64,000 nt of DNA, taken from the IMG/VR virus record IMGVR_UViG_3300025012_000054, positions 1 to 64,000 of that record; one strand, written 5' to 3'. The notes beneath the pieces are model-generated. The model was given only the letters and a program-made list of their open reading frames with translations, made no database searches and had not been told where the DNA came from. The stretch is from a virus. Numbering within the stretch: position 1 is the first letter of the stretch; the number at the start of each line of letters is the position of its first letter. The position numbers and the translations under genes were made by a program. This document shows positions 29,760 through 41,538 of the stretch, piece by piece.

Positions 29760-30875
29760 TTGGATATCGTAATGGTTTTCGCAGATTCGCCTGGTGAATT
29801 AAATTGTTCCATCCATAACATTTTAAATCCGGCAAAAGCAATTAATAAACTAGAAGGGCATCATGTCGATACATTTTTTATCAATGATTTTAATACCAAT
29901 ACAGAGGAGGTTCAAAAGGCTTGTGAAAAAGCAGATATTATCGTAATTGAACGCAATTTGTTTGGCGATGCCCTGGTAATGGAAATGTTTTGGTGGGTTA
30001 GAAATAAGACAATAGCGGTAATATTTGACGATGCCTATCATGTTATTGAGCCGGAAAACGTAGCCCATGGCTTCTGGCACGAAAGTCAGATAATGACCAA
30101 GAATGAAGACAATACGCTGAATACCCTGACTGTTGTGCCAAAGACGTTGACGCAGTTACGCAGGGGCGTTCGCACAGCTAAGGGCATGATTGCGCCATCT
30201 AAGGTGTTGACAGATGATTGGATGGCATATACAAAAACATATCGCACCCATAACTACCTGGATTTGAATCGCTACCCAGATGATACGCAGCCATTATTTC
30301 CCCACGATGACATTGTAATAGGCTGGTGTGGGAGTATGTCGCATGTTTCTTCTTTTACGGATAGTGGCGTTTTACCTGCTCTTACCTATGTGGGTAGAAA
30401 ATATCCTAATGTTAGAATTATGTGCGGTGGTGACAAAAGAGTTTACGATAAAATCAATCTTCCCGAAGGCAAGAAATTCTTCTCACCGTTTGTTCCAGAA
30501 GAACAATGGGCGTCCCTGTTGAAAAGCATTGATATTGGATTAGCCCCTTTGAGCAGTGAGTTCGACAAAAGGCGGTCATGGATTAAAGCCCTGGAATATA
30601 TGATAATGAAAACTCCATGGATTGCCACCAATTTCGAGACCTATCATGAACTCGGCGAGTATGGAACACTGGTGGAAAACGGCGTAGATAATTGGAAGAA
30701 GGCATTAGTGGACATGATCGAAAATATAGAAGATGCTCGTAAACTAGCAAACGGTAAAGCCTACGAATTTGCCTTGGAACAAACTTACGAAAAAAATATT
30801 CATAAACTATTGGATGTGTACCAACAAATTATCAGTTCTCCAGATCGTGATGACGTACATGATTACGGTAAATGA
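29760..30875 (+). CDS. GT-B (GT4-like) glycosyltransferase
   Basis: ADIIVIER, IFDD, IGWCGSMSH, IDIGLAPL...F..RSWIKALEY. Confidence 0.8.
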   Translation: MDIVMVFADSPGELNCSIHNILNPAKAINKLEGHHVDTFFINDFNTNTEEVQKACEKADIIVIERNLFGDALVMEMFWWVRNKTIAVIFDDAYHVIEPENVAHGFWHESQIMTKNEDNTLNTLTVVPKTLTQLRRGVRTAKGMIAPSKVLTDDWMAYTKTYRTHNYLDLNRYPDDTQPLFPHDDIVIGWCGSMSHVSSFTDSGVLPALTYVGRKYPNVRIMCGGDKRVYDKINLPEGKKFFSPFVPEEQWASLLKSIDIGLAPLSSEFDKRRSWIKALEYMIMKTPWIATNFETYHELGEYGTLVENGVDNWKKALVDMIENIEDARKLANGKAYEFALEQTYEKNIHKLLDVYQQIISSPDRDDVHDYGK

Positions 30876-31048
30876 TTGGATAATCAAAACAGATATACAA
30901 ATAGAAGAAAAACGTGCTCGTCATAAAAATTCACTCTATGTCATGGAAGCAAAAATAATAGAAGATGGAATTAGTATCGAAGAACGTATAAGCGAATATT
31001 ATGACGCCAAAAATATCTGTACTAAAATCAAACGATGCCCGCTAAAAC

Positions 31049-32121
31049 ATGCTTATGAAATCGCCCTGTGGCAGAAAATATAAGCCCCGAAGAACGTGTA
31101 AACATTGTGGTGGACTTTTGGTACAAATAGACGAGATGATGCTGCCCACTATTAGCCTGTTGAATAAGAAGGGATATCGTACCAGATTTTGTTGTAGCGG
31201 TCACGTATATGATGATTTTATTCATCCTTTTCTCTTGTTTCAAACATATGTGATTTTCGAAAAAAACATTATACTTCCATCAATACCTAAAGATTTTAGA
31301 TACGATGGCAACTATGAAGACGGAAGATCTTGCATTAGAAAAGATTCATATGATGGATGGACTGATAGTTATGCCCATTGCGAGTTACTAAGAGGAAATT
31401 TATCGCTGATAGAATGGGCAACAATGTTACCACAACATAATGAAAGCAACATTTTATAAAGGAGTTATATGTTGGAAAAAGATAAAGATCCAACCGGTAA
31501 AGATATAAAGAATATGCTATCAGATTTTCACGCTGAAACAGAAACAGACCTGGAAGAAAATCTGCTGAAAGATTGGAATATGGTAAGATGTGCGATATGC
31601 CATAGGCAACTGGATTTATTGGTAGCCGCTTATTTAGACGATGAACCCGTACACCAATATTGTTTATAGGATGCCGATATGATTACCTTGGATTCAATAT
31701 TACAAATGATATATGATAAGCATGAATCTCTGGAGCGCAAAATGTCCGAAGGCAAATCTCGCGGAATGACCCAGATGGAAGAATTCGGATTACTGAGCGA
31801 GGATGTAGCTACTATGGAAATCTACAACACTATAATGAAAGATGTTATTGATTGCAATAAAGATTTAAACAACTATTCGGATTGGCTAAAGACAGCCTAG
31901 GAGAAAAAATGGACACCATAAAATTTGAATTAAATACAGACACGGATTACCGCGTTGTTGCCGAAATATCTTTAAACGGCGTCAGTATTGATGACTATCT
32001 CATTGCTTTCAAAGCGTTTCTAATCGCTTGTAGTTTTACCGAACAAACAGTAGAAGAAATCCAAATGATGGAAAACGCCAGATATATTATCGACAGAGAA
32101 CAACAAGAAAACAATATTTAA
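31049..32121 (+). CDS. Hypothetical proteins (31049-31459 Cys-rich, 31469-31669, 31679-31900, ~31909-32121)
   Basis: Co-oriented ORFs. 31049 has CKHC and LNKKGYRTRFCCSGH motifs. Confidence 0.65.
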
Positions 32122-32124
32122 CCC

Positions 32125-32153
32125 TTGACAAGAACGGCAATTGGTGGTAATAT
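32125..32153 (+). promoter_or_regulatory. sigma70-type promoter of the recombinase gene
   Basis: TTGACA (32125-32130), 17 bp, TAATAT (32148-32153). Confidence 0.8.
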
Positions 32154-32175
32154 TTATATATTCAAGGAGATGATT

Positions 32176-33051
32176 ATGCGAGAATATAATGAATTTATCA
32201 AAAATAAAAGCCACTTATCACCACATACGCTAAGAAGTTATAGTAGTACCATATCTAAATTCTTGGTGCATTACGACGTTAAAGACATTGAAGATTATCG
32301 ACGGTTACAACTCATTGACTTTGAAAATTATCTCAGCGAATTACCGGTACAAAACAGCAGTTACAACGCACATCTGCGCAATCTTCAGGTGTTTTCTTCC
32401 TGGCTGCATGATCATAAAATGACCGCTGAAAACATCATCCAGAATATGAAACCCCGCAAGGAAGAGCGCAAAGATAAGATATCTCTTACAGAAGCAGAAA
32501 GACAGGCGATGATTAGTCATGCAGATTCTCTTGACTTCAAACTTAGTCTGGCGCTGATGTTTTACATGGGGCTACGTCGTGAGGAATTAATCGGAGTAAA
32601 AGTGTCGGATATCGGGGGCGATTTCCTGACGGTTTTAGGCAAGGGTAAAAAGAAAGTTAAGTTAGAAATGCCTCCGATTGTAAAAACGCTGGTAGATGCT
32701 TATTTGTCCTTGCGTAAAAGCGATAGCGAATATCTTATTCTTTCAAAGGTAGGAAAGCACTCACTGTCTAGCAGCGGATCTATTTACAAGCGCGTAAAGT
32801 CTGTGGCTAAAAAGGCAGGGATTGCGCCGGAACGAGTTGAGATGATTGCACCCCATACTCTCCGCAGGACGTTTGCTTGCTTGGCGGTACAAAACAATGT
32901 GTCGCCATATATTGTGAAGGACATGCTCCGCCACAGCCAGTTCAGTACCACCGAGAGGTATCTTAAAGCCATGGGTTCCGATGTGGCTAACACAGCAATT
33001 AGGAATCAGCCGATGCCCAGCGAGGAGGCAATGCAATGGTCGAAGCTATAG
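32176..33051 (+). CDS. Tyrosine recombinase (XerC/D-like, no arm-binding domain)
   Basis: N-terminal SPHTLRSY core-binding region; catalytic GLRREEL (R), GKGKK (K), PHTLRR (HxxR), LRHSQFSTTERY (H...Y). Start corrected to ATG 32176 after AAGGAG. Confidence 0.93.
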   Translation: MREYNEFIKNKSHLSPHTLRSYSSTISKFLVHYDVKDIEDYRRLQLIDFENYLSELPVQNSSYNAHLRNLQVFSSWLHDHKMTAENIIQNMKPRKEERKDKISLTEAERQAMISHADSLDFKLSLALMFYMGLRREELIGVKVSDIGGDFLTVLGKGKKKVKLEMPPIVKTLVDAYLSLRKSDSEYLILSKVGKHSLSSSGSIYKRVKSVAKKAGIAPERVEMIAPHTLRRTFACLAVQNNVSPYIVKDMLRHSQFSTTERYLKAMGSDVANTAIRNQPMPSEEAMQWSKL

Positions 33052-33493
33052 AAATACGATCATGCTTCCTGTGGCAAAACGCCGTCACCTGGTATGAGGA
33101 AAAGTATGGAAAGTGTAGTTGGATTGCTAGTGAAAGCGGAGCAAATGTTATCAATAGTCTAACTGGTGACTTGGTTGCATATAAAACACATTTTCCCAAT
33201 CAATATTTTCTCGTTACAGAATATTTTCAAAAATCCCCATGGGGGAAAAAGACACAATGAAACCTATCTTTTATTAGGAGTAAAATGGACGAACATATAA
33301 AGAATCTTTGGGAAATAATCATTGAAGAAATGCCTCAAGGCTGTATTATAACTGATATCAAAACGAGGGATGAGATTGTAATTGCGTCAATGCACGATGC
33401 CCTAGCGCTTGCTCAATCACTACTAGAAATGGTTAAGGCGCAAATAGAGAAACGCGGAATAGAATAAAAGACTGATTTCATTAGGAGAGAATA

Positions 33494-34045
33494 TTGGACA
33501 GAGCGCATAGTTTGGTAGGTTTTAATCCAACAGATAGACCCCAAGACGATTTTTATCCAACGCCAGAGAATGCCACCATTTCATTATTAGACATATTCAA
33601 GCCATCTGGTAATATTTGGGAATGTGCTTGTGGCAATGGGGCAATTTCAGAAGTCCTTATACGAAACGGATATGATGTTATTAGCACAGATTTATATGGA
33701 CATGGATATGGAAAAGTTGGCGTAGATTTTCTGGAAACTAAAGAAAAATTATCAGACAATATCATAACCAATCCTCCTTTTAATTTGGCAAATGAATTTA
33801 TTGACCATGCAATCAACGGATTGAAAATTAAAAATATGGCTTTACTCTTGAAATTACAAGCGCTTGAGGGCGATAAACGAAGTAAACTCTTGCAGCAAAC
33901 CCGTTTATCATCAGTAAACGTTTTTAGAAAAAGATTAACTTTAACGCGCAATGGCGAAAAGATGAAAAATAGTGGAATGATTGCCTTTGCTTGGTTTGTT
34001 TGGAAAGAAGATTATCTTGGTTCACCTATCGTGAGATGGCTATAA
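33494..34045 (+). CDS. Small N6-adenine DNA methyltransferase
   Basis: DFYPTP, WECACGNG, DFL, IITNPPF. Confidence 0.82.
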   Translation: MDRAHSLVGFNPTDRPQDDFYPTPENATISLLDIFKPSGNIWECACGNGAISEVLIRNGYDVISTDLYGHGYGKVGVDFLETKEKLSDNIITNPPFNLANEFIDHAINGLKIKNMALLLKLQALEGDKRSKLLQQTRLSSVNVFRKRLTLTRNGEKMKNSGMIAFAWFVWKEDYLGSPIVRWL

Positions 34046-34229
34046 TAAATCTTTGATAGCACAATGAGAAAAATGGAAGATTGGAATGATATTTTTAAGG
34101 AAATAGCAGAAATGCTTATTAGGCTTGCCAAACAAATGGACATCTCAGTAGAAGAAGTTATTGAAGGTACAAAAAAAATGGATTGATGAGGGAAAAGATG
34201 CCTCATAAAATCTTGATTTCATTGTACGA

Positions 34230-37200
34230 GTGTTTTCAACATTTGTTGAAAGGATATATAGTATGACCGTGCCGAATAAAGAATCGCGTGATTTATTTGA
34301 AGAACTCGTAAAAATCATTTTAATGCGGGGTACTATGTTTCCAAAAGAACATGGAAACTGGGCAAGGCTTCAAATTGGTGACGATGCGTATCTGTGTATG
34401 GATACTTGGAGTCAAGCAATTCACCTTAAGAAAAATGCAGAGTACAACAATAAATGGACTGGATTTGATGGAGAAGAAATGCAATATTTGGGACTGAATT
34501 TTGGCGGAATGGAACTCCATGTAGATGCTTATTATCTGGAAAATTTGTTAGAAGCAATAAAAAAAAGTACATGAAAGTAAAATTTTATTAGGAGATATTA
34601 TGAAGCAAGCGATAATTCATTTCAAGAATGGAACAAAAGATTGGGTAGATCCAATCGATGACGAAGAAAAAGACATTTTCTATGGGAACGCCACTATTAT
34701 CATAACCAACGGGGCAAATCAAAGATATGTTTATGATAGGCAGTCCATATCGCTGATCGAAATTGTACATATTGATTAATGAAATTGAACTTTCATGAGG
34801 TACATAAAACAATAATTTCATAAGGTTTTGAAATGGATAAATAAATGAAAATAGATTTTATATCAATTGAAAAAATGAAAAATCAAATACCAAATTGTAA
34901 TACGTTGCTGATATCACAGAAAACTTATGATGAAAATATTAAGAATTTTAAAAACGGATATTATGGTAAATTAAAAATAGAAATTGCAAAAAATGCAGAC
35001 GACAATAAGATGTTATTATATTGTTCGCCTAATGAGAAAGATATGACCGCCGGTAAATTATGAAATTTGATCTTTATTTTAAAAATAAAACTTTGTATAT
35101 TGGTTATATAAAAGGTTTTGACGATGGGTATATTGATGGAAAAAATGATTTGGGCTATAAACAAAAAGATAAAAATATAAATTTATATTGCCTAGGATAC
35201 TTTGAGGGGTATAATTATGGGAACAACCAATATAAAAAAATGGAAAGGTAAAATTTTGTTACTTATAAATAGGGCAATAGACATAAAACGCCTATTATCC
35301 TAAACAAAAACTTATTAGAAAATTTTAAATAACAAATAAGAGGAGAAGATTATGGCGCCAAGCAGAATAAGCATACTAAAAAATAAATATAATGAAGTGT
35401 CTTTATCTTTATATAATTGGACTTTACATGATTCTGTTCCAGTAATTACGATGGCATGTAATTCACCAGAAGAATTAATATCTGAGATAGATGAATTAAT
35501 TGAAAATTTAAAAGAAATAAAGATTAACGCTGAACAATATTTTATCACATAAAATATTCTTTTTTTATGAAAAATACGATAGGGTCTATAGATTATATTC
35601 TGGCAATAACCAAAAAATAAATGAAAGGACAAAATCATGCGCAAAGAAAACGGTAAATTAATTGTTATAAAAAAAGAATTTCCAACGTATTTTGGTTTTA
35701 CAAGAAATGATATAGTTGCCTTATGTTCAGAAAATAACATATATTCAAATGAGGAATGTATGAAAAGAAAAATTCGAAGATTTCTAATGGGTTTGGAAAT
35801 ATCGCTGTTCAAAACATTCTGGTATTTTGACAGGGCAGGATTTTGGTTCTTGTACCATGGCGATGAGGTCTGTTGGATTTACCCATGGCGTAGAACCAAT
35901 AAAGATGAGAAATGGATTTCTTTATTTTTTAGTGGAAGTGGACAATTTGGCGATGCGGTCTACAAAACATTAAAAGATATTGACGATGAATATGATGCGT
36001 TTTGTGAAGCACAATAAAATAACTGTTTCATAAGGTTTCAAATAGGTGGCAACAGAAAAGGTAGAGGTGAAGGAATGGGTGTTACAGACGGTGATGGTGA
36101 TTTAAAAGCAGTAGATACAAATTTTATTAAGTATGTTTATAACGTGGATTATCAGAAATGCTACAAAAATAATTTTGGGAATAATGTGGAGCGAGCCGTT
36201 AGATTTTACTTGTCTGCCGAAGAAAGAGGATTTCGCAGTGGAGGAATAAGTAGCGACTCAAATGAAGTTTTTTATACAACAGAAGCAACCGGATTTGTGC
36301 TTTATCCACAGGCGCTAAATCCGTTCTTGAAAATTATGGAAACATTGAAGTTACATGATAAAATAATTATTCTTCCCGCATATAATCAAGATGAAGGAAT
36401 TAATCTTCCAGCATATATTATTGTGTGCTTATCGGATGGATATCCAATACAGATTGTAACTAAGAATATTTAATTAATTTAGGTTGCCACCTATTTTAAA
36501 CCCAGGAGAAATATGAATAAACAATTTAATCCCTATGATTTGAATGATGTATCCAATATGGACAAGTTTATCAAAAACAAAAAGGAGAATAATATGAATC
36601 AGTTTCCAGAAATTAGATTTGATTTAGACGGTATTAAAGTAGGTATAATTCAAACGTTGTCAAAATACAATAAAGAGACGGAAGAATATGTCGGTGCCGA
36701 AATCGAGAAAATAATTCAATCTTATGATTTCGATAAAGTAATCCGTGAAACCGCCGCCGTTGCTATTAGATCTGGTATCGAAAAAGCACTTGAAGGTTAT
36801 TTTACTTATGGTGAGGGCTATAAGGCTATTCAGGATTTAGTCGCTAACAAATTATCACCTAGGCAATGAAATGACCGTTTTATGAGGATGATATGAAAGA
36901 TAATTACGAGTGTATGCCTGGTGAATACGACGATTGTAAAAAAGAAAAAGAAGTGTTGCTTCGCGCATACAAGTTTTATAAACACTTTTTTGGACTATAT
37001 ATTAAATATCACGAAATTTTAGCTGACGAATATTCACAACATGAATATTTTCAAAATAAATTAGGCAACATAAAGTAATCTTGCGTGAAGGAGCAATATG
37101 AGTAAAGAATACGATGATGTTCTGAAACAACTAATTGATCTCAATAAGCAAAATCGAGAAGCCAATAGCCACAACATGGAAATGTTTTCTCCGTCTGAAG

Positions 37201-39099
37201 CAGTATGGGAATACGGAGTAATACGTCTTGATATTGGTAGAGGCGTGGGTAAAACTACTTTTATTAAAAATAATGCCACATCAAAAGACTTAATAATTAC
37301 TTTTAACCGCGAGAGCCAAAAAACATTTGGTGAAATTCCGGCAAAAGTTATTGTTTCAGATATTGGAGAATTCCTTCGCGCACTACATCATGCAGAAGTG
37401 TTTGAGACGATTTATGTTGACGAGCCCATGCTTTCGTTTCGGCAATTAGATATGCGAGACGCGTTAAAAACACTTATTCATAACTACGATCAAACAATTG
37501 TCATTTTGGGTAAATAGAACAAGTATTTATGCCTTGACAAGACTCGGTTTGTGTGGTATAGTTACATTATAGAAAAGGAGAAAACATGATGAAAAAATTT
37601 AGTGAGGTAATGAACATTGTTACAAAAATGTGGAAGAAACTTAACGACGAAGAAAAGAATGTTTTGGCAATGCTCATTGCTGGCACTTATACTAAATGAA
37701 AGGTGGATTTTATGAGGTGGTATGAAACGATTTATTAGGCGCTTGCAGCTTCTATGGAATAGAATCAGATATCCTGAAAATATTTGGTATGGCGGTGGAT
37801 TAAAAAGAAAAACAGCTTTACACAGTGTGGGAGCAGGTTGGGCTAAACTTATTAACAATCTTTATGACGCCAAACCCAAACATGTCAAAGTGTGGCAGGT
37901 AAAAGAGAAATTCGCCGGACTCCGTTTTTACTTAGATTCTGCACCAGAATGGTATCATGACCTGATTGCTTATTACGAGAATCAGAGCTATAAAATTTGT
38001 GAACAATGTGGTGAAAAGGGTAAAGTGCGAGATGATTTAGGGTGGATCTTGACCTTATGTGATAAGCACTACCAGGAAACTATTGATCAAAGGAACATGA
38101 AACGGTGATTTTATTATGAATATTGAATTTTATAAAGAACCTTCTGGATTCAGTTGGAAGCCCCACTTTTTTAAGTGGACTGCAATAGATGAAGAATACG
38201 CTAATTATTCTGGATGGCATAAATATTATTTGATTTCTTGGTTATGGTTTAGTGTAGACATTTTGATAGGATGAAAGAGATATTTTATGATGGATGATAA
38301 ATATAATGAACTTGTAATGATTATTAGTTATTGGTGGCGCAGATTACTATGCAGATTGTTTGGATGCAAATTAGAATGGTGGTCAGAAAACGAATATGTA
38401 AATGGGGAATATTGTGTGAGATGTAGTGCTGCTGAAAGTCAAGCAGAGGGCGATACTCCGCATAAAATTATTTATAGAAGATGGAATAGTAGATGAAAGG
38501 AAGATTTCATGAGCAAATTAGATAGAATATTGTTTCAAGCCATGTATACTACTATCATCAAGGGTATTTGGGTTATCATTCTACTTTTACAAGGGCGTAC
38601 CCCAAAAGACGAGTTAATATTTTTCAGGATGGAAGACCAAAGTACTGAGAGCAGAGTTTACGATTGGGTAAATAAAAGCGAATAAAAGGAGTATTTCATG
38701 ATACACAAAAAAAGATTATATGTTATGTTCGAATATGTCGATACCATCAAATTCGAAGATAGTTTTTATATACTTCCAATTTTAAGTTTAGTTTTTCCAC
38801 CAAGAGATTCGCGTATTATTTTAAAATTTGGATGGCTTATTTTTAAAGTTGGAATCTTCTTTGATTATATATAAAAGGATGGGGTTATGATAACTAGTGC
38901 TACTATTGGTGGAATTTATAGCAATGAAGAAGAAATGGGCTTTCGTATAAGTTGGTGGGGCAGTAATGGATTTGGTCAAATTGGCATACGAAAATTTATA
39001 CATAGCGGTGTTATTAATATTGATTCTGAAACTATGTCCAGGGAATTTGTAAAAGAAGTCTTTGCAAAATTAGTTGATGATGCTCAGTATTGTGAATGA
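34230..39099 (+). CDS. Run of short hypothetical proteins (e.g. ~34263-34574, 34845-35063, 35060-35251, 35352-35552, 35637-36017, 36075-36473, 36513-36869, 36893-37078, 37722-38108, 38287-38496, 38887-39099)
   Basis: Co-oriented ORFs, largely bounded by dyad sites. 37722-38108 carries QVKEKFAGLRFY plus CxxC..C..H. Confidence 0.65.
36034..36502. repeat. 20-bp inverted repeat pair enclosing ORF 36075-36473
   Basis: GGTTTCAAATAGGTGGCAAC (36034-36053) vs GTTGCCACCTATTTTAAACC (36483-36502): 19/20 complementary. Confidence 0.85.
37098..37517 (+). CDS. Small P-loop NTPase-like protein
   Basis: GRGVGKTT (Walker A-like) and IYVDE (Walker B-like). Confidence 0.5.
   Translation: MSKEYDDVLKQLIDLNKQNREANSHNMEMFSPSEAVWEYGVIRLDIGRGVGKTTFIKNNATSKDLIITFNRESQKTFGEIPAKVIVSDIGEFLRALHHAEVFETIYVDEPMLSFRQLDMRDALKTLIHNYDQTIVILGK
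37534..37562 (+). promoter_or_regulatory. sigma70-type promoter
   Basis: TTGACA (37534-37539), 17 bp ending TGTGG, TATAGT (37557-37562). Confidence 0.85.
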
Positions 39100-39152
39100 A
39101 ATAGCGATTTTATTGTATAAAATGAGTGTTTCGTGATGTAGGAGGATGATTA

Positions 39153-39695
39153 TTGGACAGTAGATACTTGGTAGGATCGAGCGAAAAAGATAGAGAGATA
39201 CAAGATTTTTATCGCACTCCAGCATATGCTACAAAAGAGTTATTAAAGAAGGAAAAATTTTCTGGATCTATTTGGGAGTGTGCATGTGGTGATGGTGCAA
39301 TATCTGAATTATTACCAAAAGAAAATTTGATAATTTCAACAGATCTATACGACAGAGGTTATGGGCAACCTAGCATAAATTTTTTGGAGACATTCAAACA
39401 AGTAAATAATATTATTACCAACCCTCCATATAAACAAGCCGAACAATTTTTAATTCACTCTTTTGATTGCGCTGATCATAAAATAGCCATGTTGTTGAAA
39501 CTGAATTTTTTAGAAGGACAAAAAAGGCACGGACTATTTAAACAATACCCTCCAAAAACTATATATGTTTTTTCTAAAAGATTGAGTTTTGATAAGGGCA
39601 ATGATCAAGGAAGGGGGAGCGGGCTTCTGGCGTACACTTGGATGGTGTGGGAAAAAGCATATTCAGGAGACCCAATTGTAAAGTGGATATTATAA
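39153..39695 (+). CDS. Small N6-adenine DNA methyltransferase (paralog of 33494-34045)
   Basis: DFYRTP, WECACGDGAIS, IITNPPY, AMLLKL.FLEG.KR. Confidence 0.82.
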   Translation: MDSRYLVGSSEKDREIQDFYRTPAYATKELLKKEKFSGSIWECACGDGAISELLPKENLIISTDLYDRGYGQPSINFLETFKQVNNIITNPPYKQAEQFLIHSFDCADHKIAMLLKLNFLEGQKRHGLFKQYPPKTIYVFSKRLSFDKGNDQGRGSGLLAYTWMVWEKAYSGDPIVKWIL

Positions 39696-39728
39696 TAAAA
39701 CATAGATTCTATGTAGTAGGGATAACTT

Positions 39729-40196
39729 ATGAATTATGAAACCACAGCAGAAATGGAAATTGTTATTGCTAGATATTTTGATACTAGAAAAAACGTTATT
39801 GTTCCAAATGTAAGCCACGGCATGTTTAGATATGAAATGGATTTATGTATGCTTAATATGGTTGGAATGTATGCAAGCGAAGTGGAAATAAAAATTTCTA
39901 AATCAGATCTAAAAGCAGACGCTAAAAAACCACATCACCACGATTGCGCATCTATAAAATATCTGTGGTTTGCTATGCCTGAAAAATTAAAAGGCTGTGA
40001 GGAATATGTACCAGAACATGCAGGAATTTTATTTGTAAGTAGTAAGGGTATTGTTAGTGTTGCGAGAAAACCTGTATCTAATAAATCTGCACAAAAATGG
40101 GACTATAAAAAAGCATTCAGATTAGCCAGGTTAGGAACATTACGAGTTTGGAATTTGAAAGAATCCATTCATCGGATGATAAAATATAATAAATAA
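39729..40196 (+). CDS. PD-(D/E)XK fold protein (MmcB-like)
   Basis: E.D....EVEIKISKSDLKAD.KK, WFAMP, VPEHAGIL. Confidence 0.65.
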   Translation: MNYETTAEMEIVIARYFDTRKNVIVPNVSHGMFRYEMDLCMLNMVGMYASEVEIKISKSDLKADAKKPHHHDCASIKYLWFAMPEKLKGCEEYVPEHAGILFVSSKGIVSVARKPVSNKSAQKWDYKKAFRLARLGTLRVWNLKESIHRMIKYNK

Positions 40197-40506
40197 AATC
40201 GGTATTTTATTAAAAGGAGAAAAATGCAAAGATTTCAATTGAAAAAAGATAGCAAGAACAAATGGTTTATTTTCGATAATCAGCGCAAGACCGTTGTTAC
40301 AAGCCATATGGCTACTGGTATGGAGGGAGCAGAAACCTTAAAAGTTATCAAAACACTGCCTGAACCATTGCCTAAAATTAAAGAAGCGACTACCAATAAT
40401 GAACGAGTAGTAGCAGGACGATCTAAGAAAATGAAGATTTCTGTTGAAGAATACCGACGCAGGTTTCCGAAATCATAATAAAATGCAAGTTTCATGAGGT
40501 GAATTA

Positions 40507-41538
40507 TTGAACTACGATGAGATTATAAATACACCATATACTGTTCTGGAAGCATTATCAGAATCTGAAATTTACGATATTGTTTCAACTCTGATTGAAC
40601 ATTACCGTAAAACCGGATTTCCTTATTTTGAAATCGATGACAACAAGATTAAAAAAGAATGTTTGTCTTTATCAAAATCAGACAGTTCAAAAATAGAATT
40701 GCCAAATAATGAACTTCAACAGGGAATGTTGGGACTTGCAACATGCAACATGTTTCATCAAGAAATGTATGCTGTAAATTGTAAAAACGCAAAATCACCC
40801 ATGGATATTTTTCTTGATGATGGTCTATTCCGTACCGCCCTAACGAAAAGAATCAAGTATAATGATCGCAATCTTAATCCCTCGTGTGTGCGCAGAACGT
40901 TGAGTGCTTTTGGCGGACAAGCTGCTTCAAATTTTAGACCATCTATTGCCAGGTGGGTTTACCAAAAATATGCTCCAATTGGTGGCAGCGTCTTAGATCC
41001 CTGTATGGGATATGGCGGAAGATTGATGGGTGCGTTTTGTTCTCAGGTGCGTCGCTATGTTGCAACAGATCCAAACAAGGTTTCTATTGCTGGGAATATC
41101 AATCTGCACAATCATTTGTTCGAGGCTCGCCCAGACAGACCGGTTTTTGAATTATCAACTTCTGCCCTACCTTTTGAGGATTTTGTCACCGATGAGAAAT
41201 TTGATTTGGTGTTTACGTCGCCACCATATTTTAATGTGGAAAAGTATGCCGCAGATGAAAAACAATCTTATGCGAGATACCCAACATACGAAAAATGGGT
41301 GGAAGGATTTTTGACGCCATTAATCAATCATTCTTTCGATTACCTAAAACCCAATGGATATTTGGTTCTCAACGTAGGAAAGCCGATTGACGAAGATACG
41401 TATAGAATAGGCACAAAAGTTTTTGGCAAAGAACCTGAAACTTATCACATGCGATTGAGTAAGTTTTTAGGACAAGGAAATAAAAAAGATGTATCGCATA
41501 AAGTTGAACCGATTTTTGTGTGGAAAAAGACCACATAA
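40507..41538 (+). CDS. DNA amino-methyltransferase (N4-C/N6-A)
   Basis: NFRP, VLDPCMGYGGRL, FDLVFTSPPYFNVEKY, LKPNG. Confidence 0.85.
   Translation: MNYDEIINTPYTVLEALSESEIYDIVSTLIEHYRKTGFPYFEIDDNKIKKECLSLSKSDSSKIELPNNELQQGMLGLATCNMFHQEMYAVNCKNAKSPMDIFLDDGLFRTALTKRIKYNDRNLNPSCVRRTLSAFGGQAASNFRPSIARWVYQKYAPIGGSVLDPCMGYGGRLMGAFCSQVRRYVATDPNKVSIAGNINLHNHLFEARPDRPVFELSTSALPFEDFVTDEKFDLVFTSPPYFNVEKYAADEKQSYARYPTYEKWVEGFLTPLINHSFDYLKPNGYLVLNVGKPIDEDTYRIGTKVFGKEPETYHMRLSKFLGQGNKKDVSHKVEPIFVWKKTT

Noticed and set aside
32125-32175. ORF-track TTG starts at 32125 and 5262
   Set aside because: The TTG is part of the TTGACA -35 box. Downstream ATGs (32176, 5313) have proper SD sequences.
34820-35315. 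Second inverted-repeat-bounded insert (34820-34840 vs 35295-35315)
   Set aside because: Only 16/21 complementary in very AT-rich sequence; could be chance.
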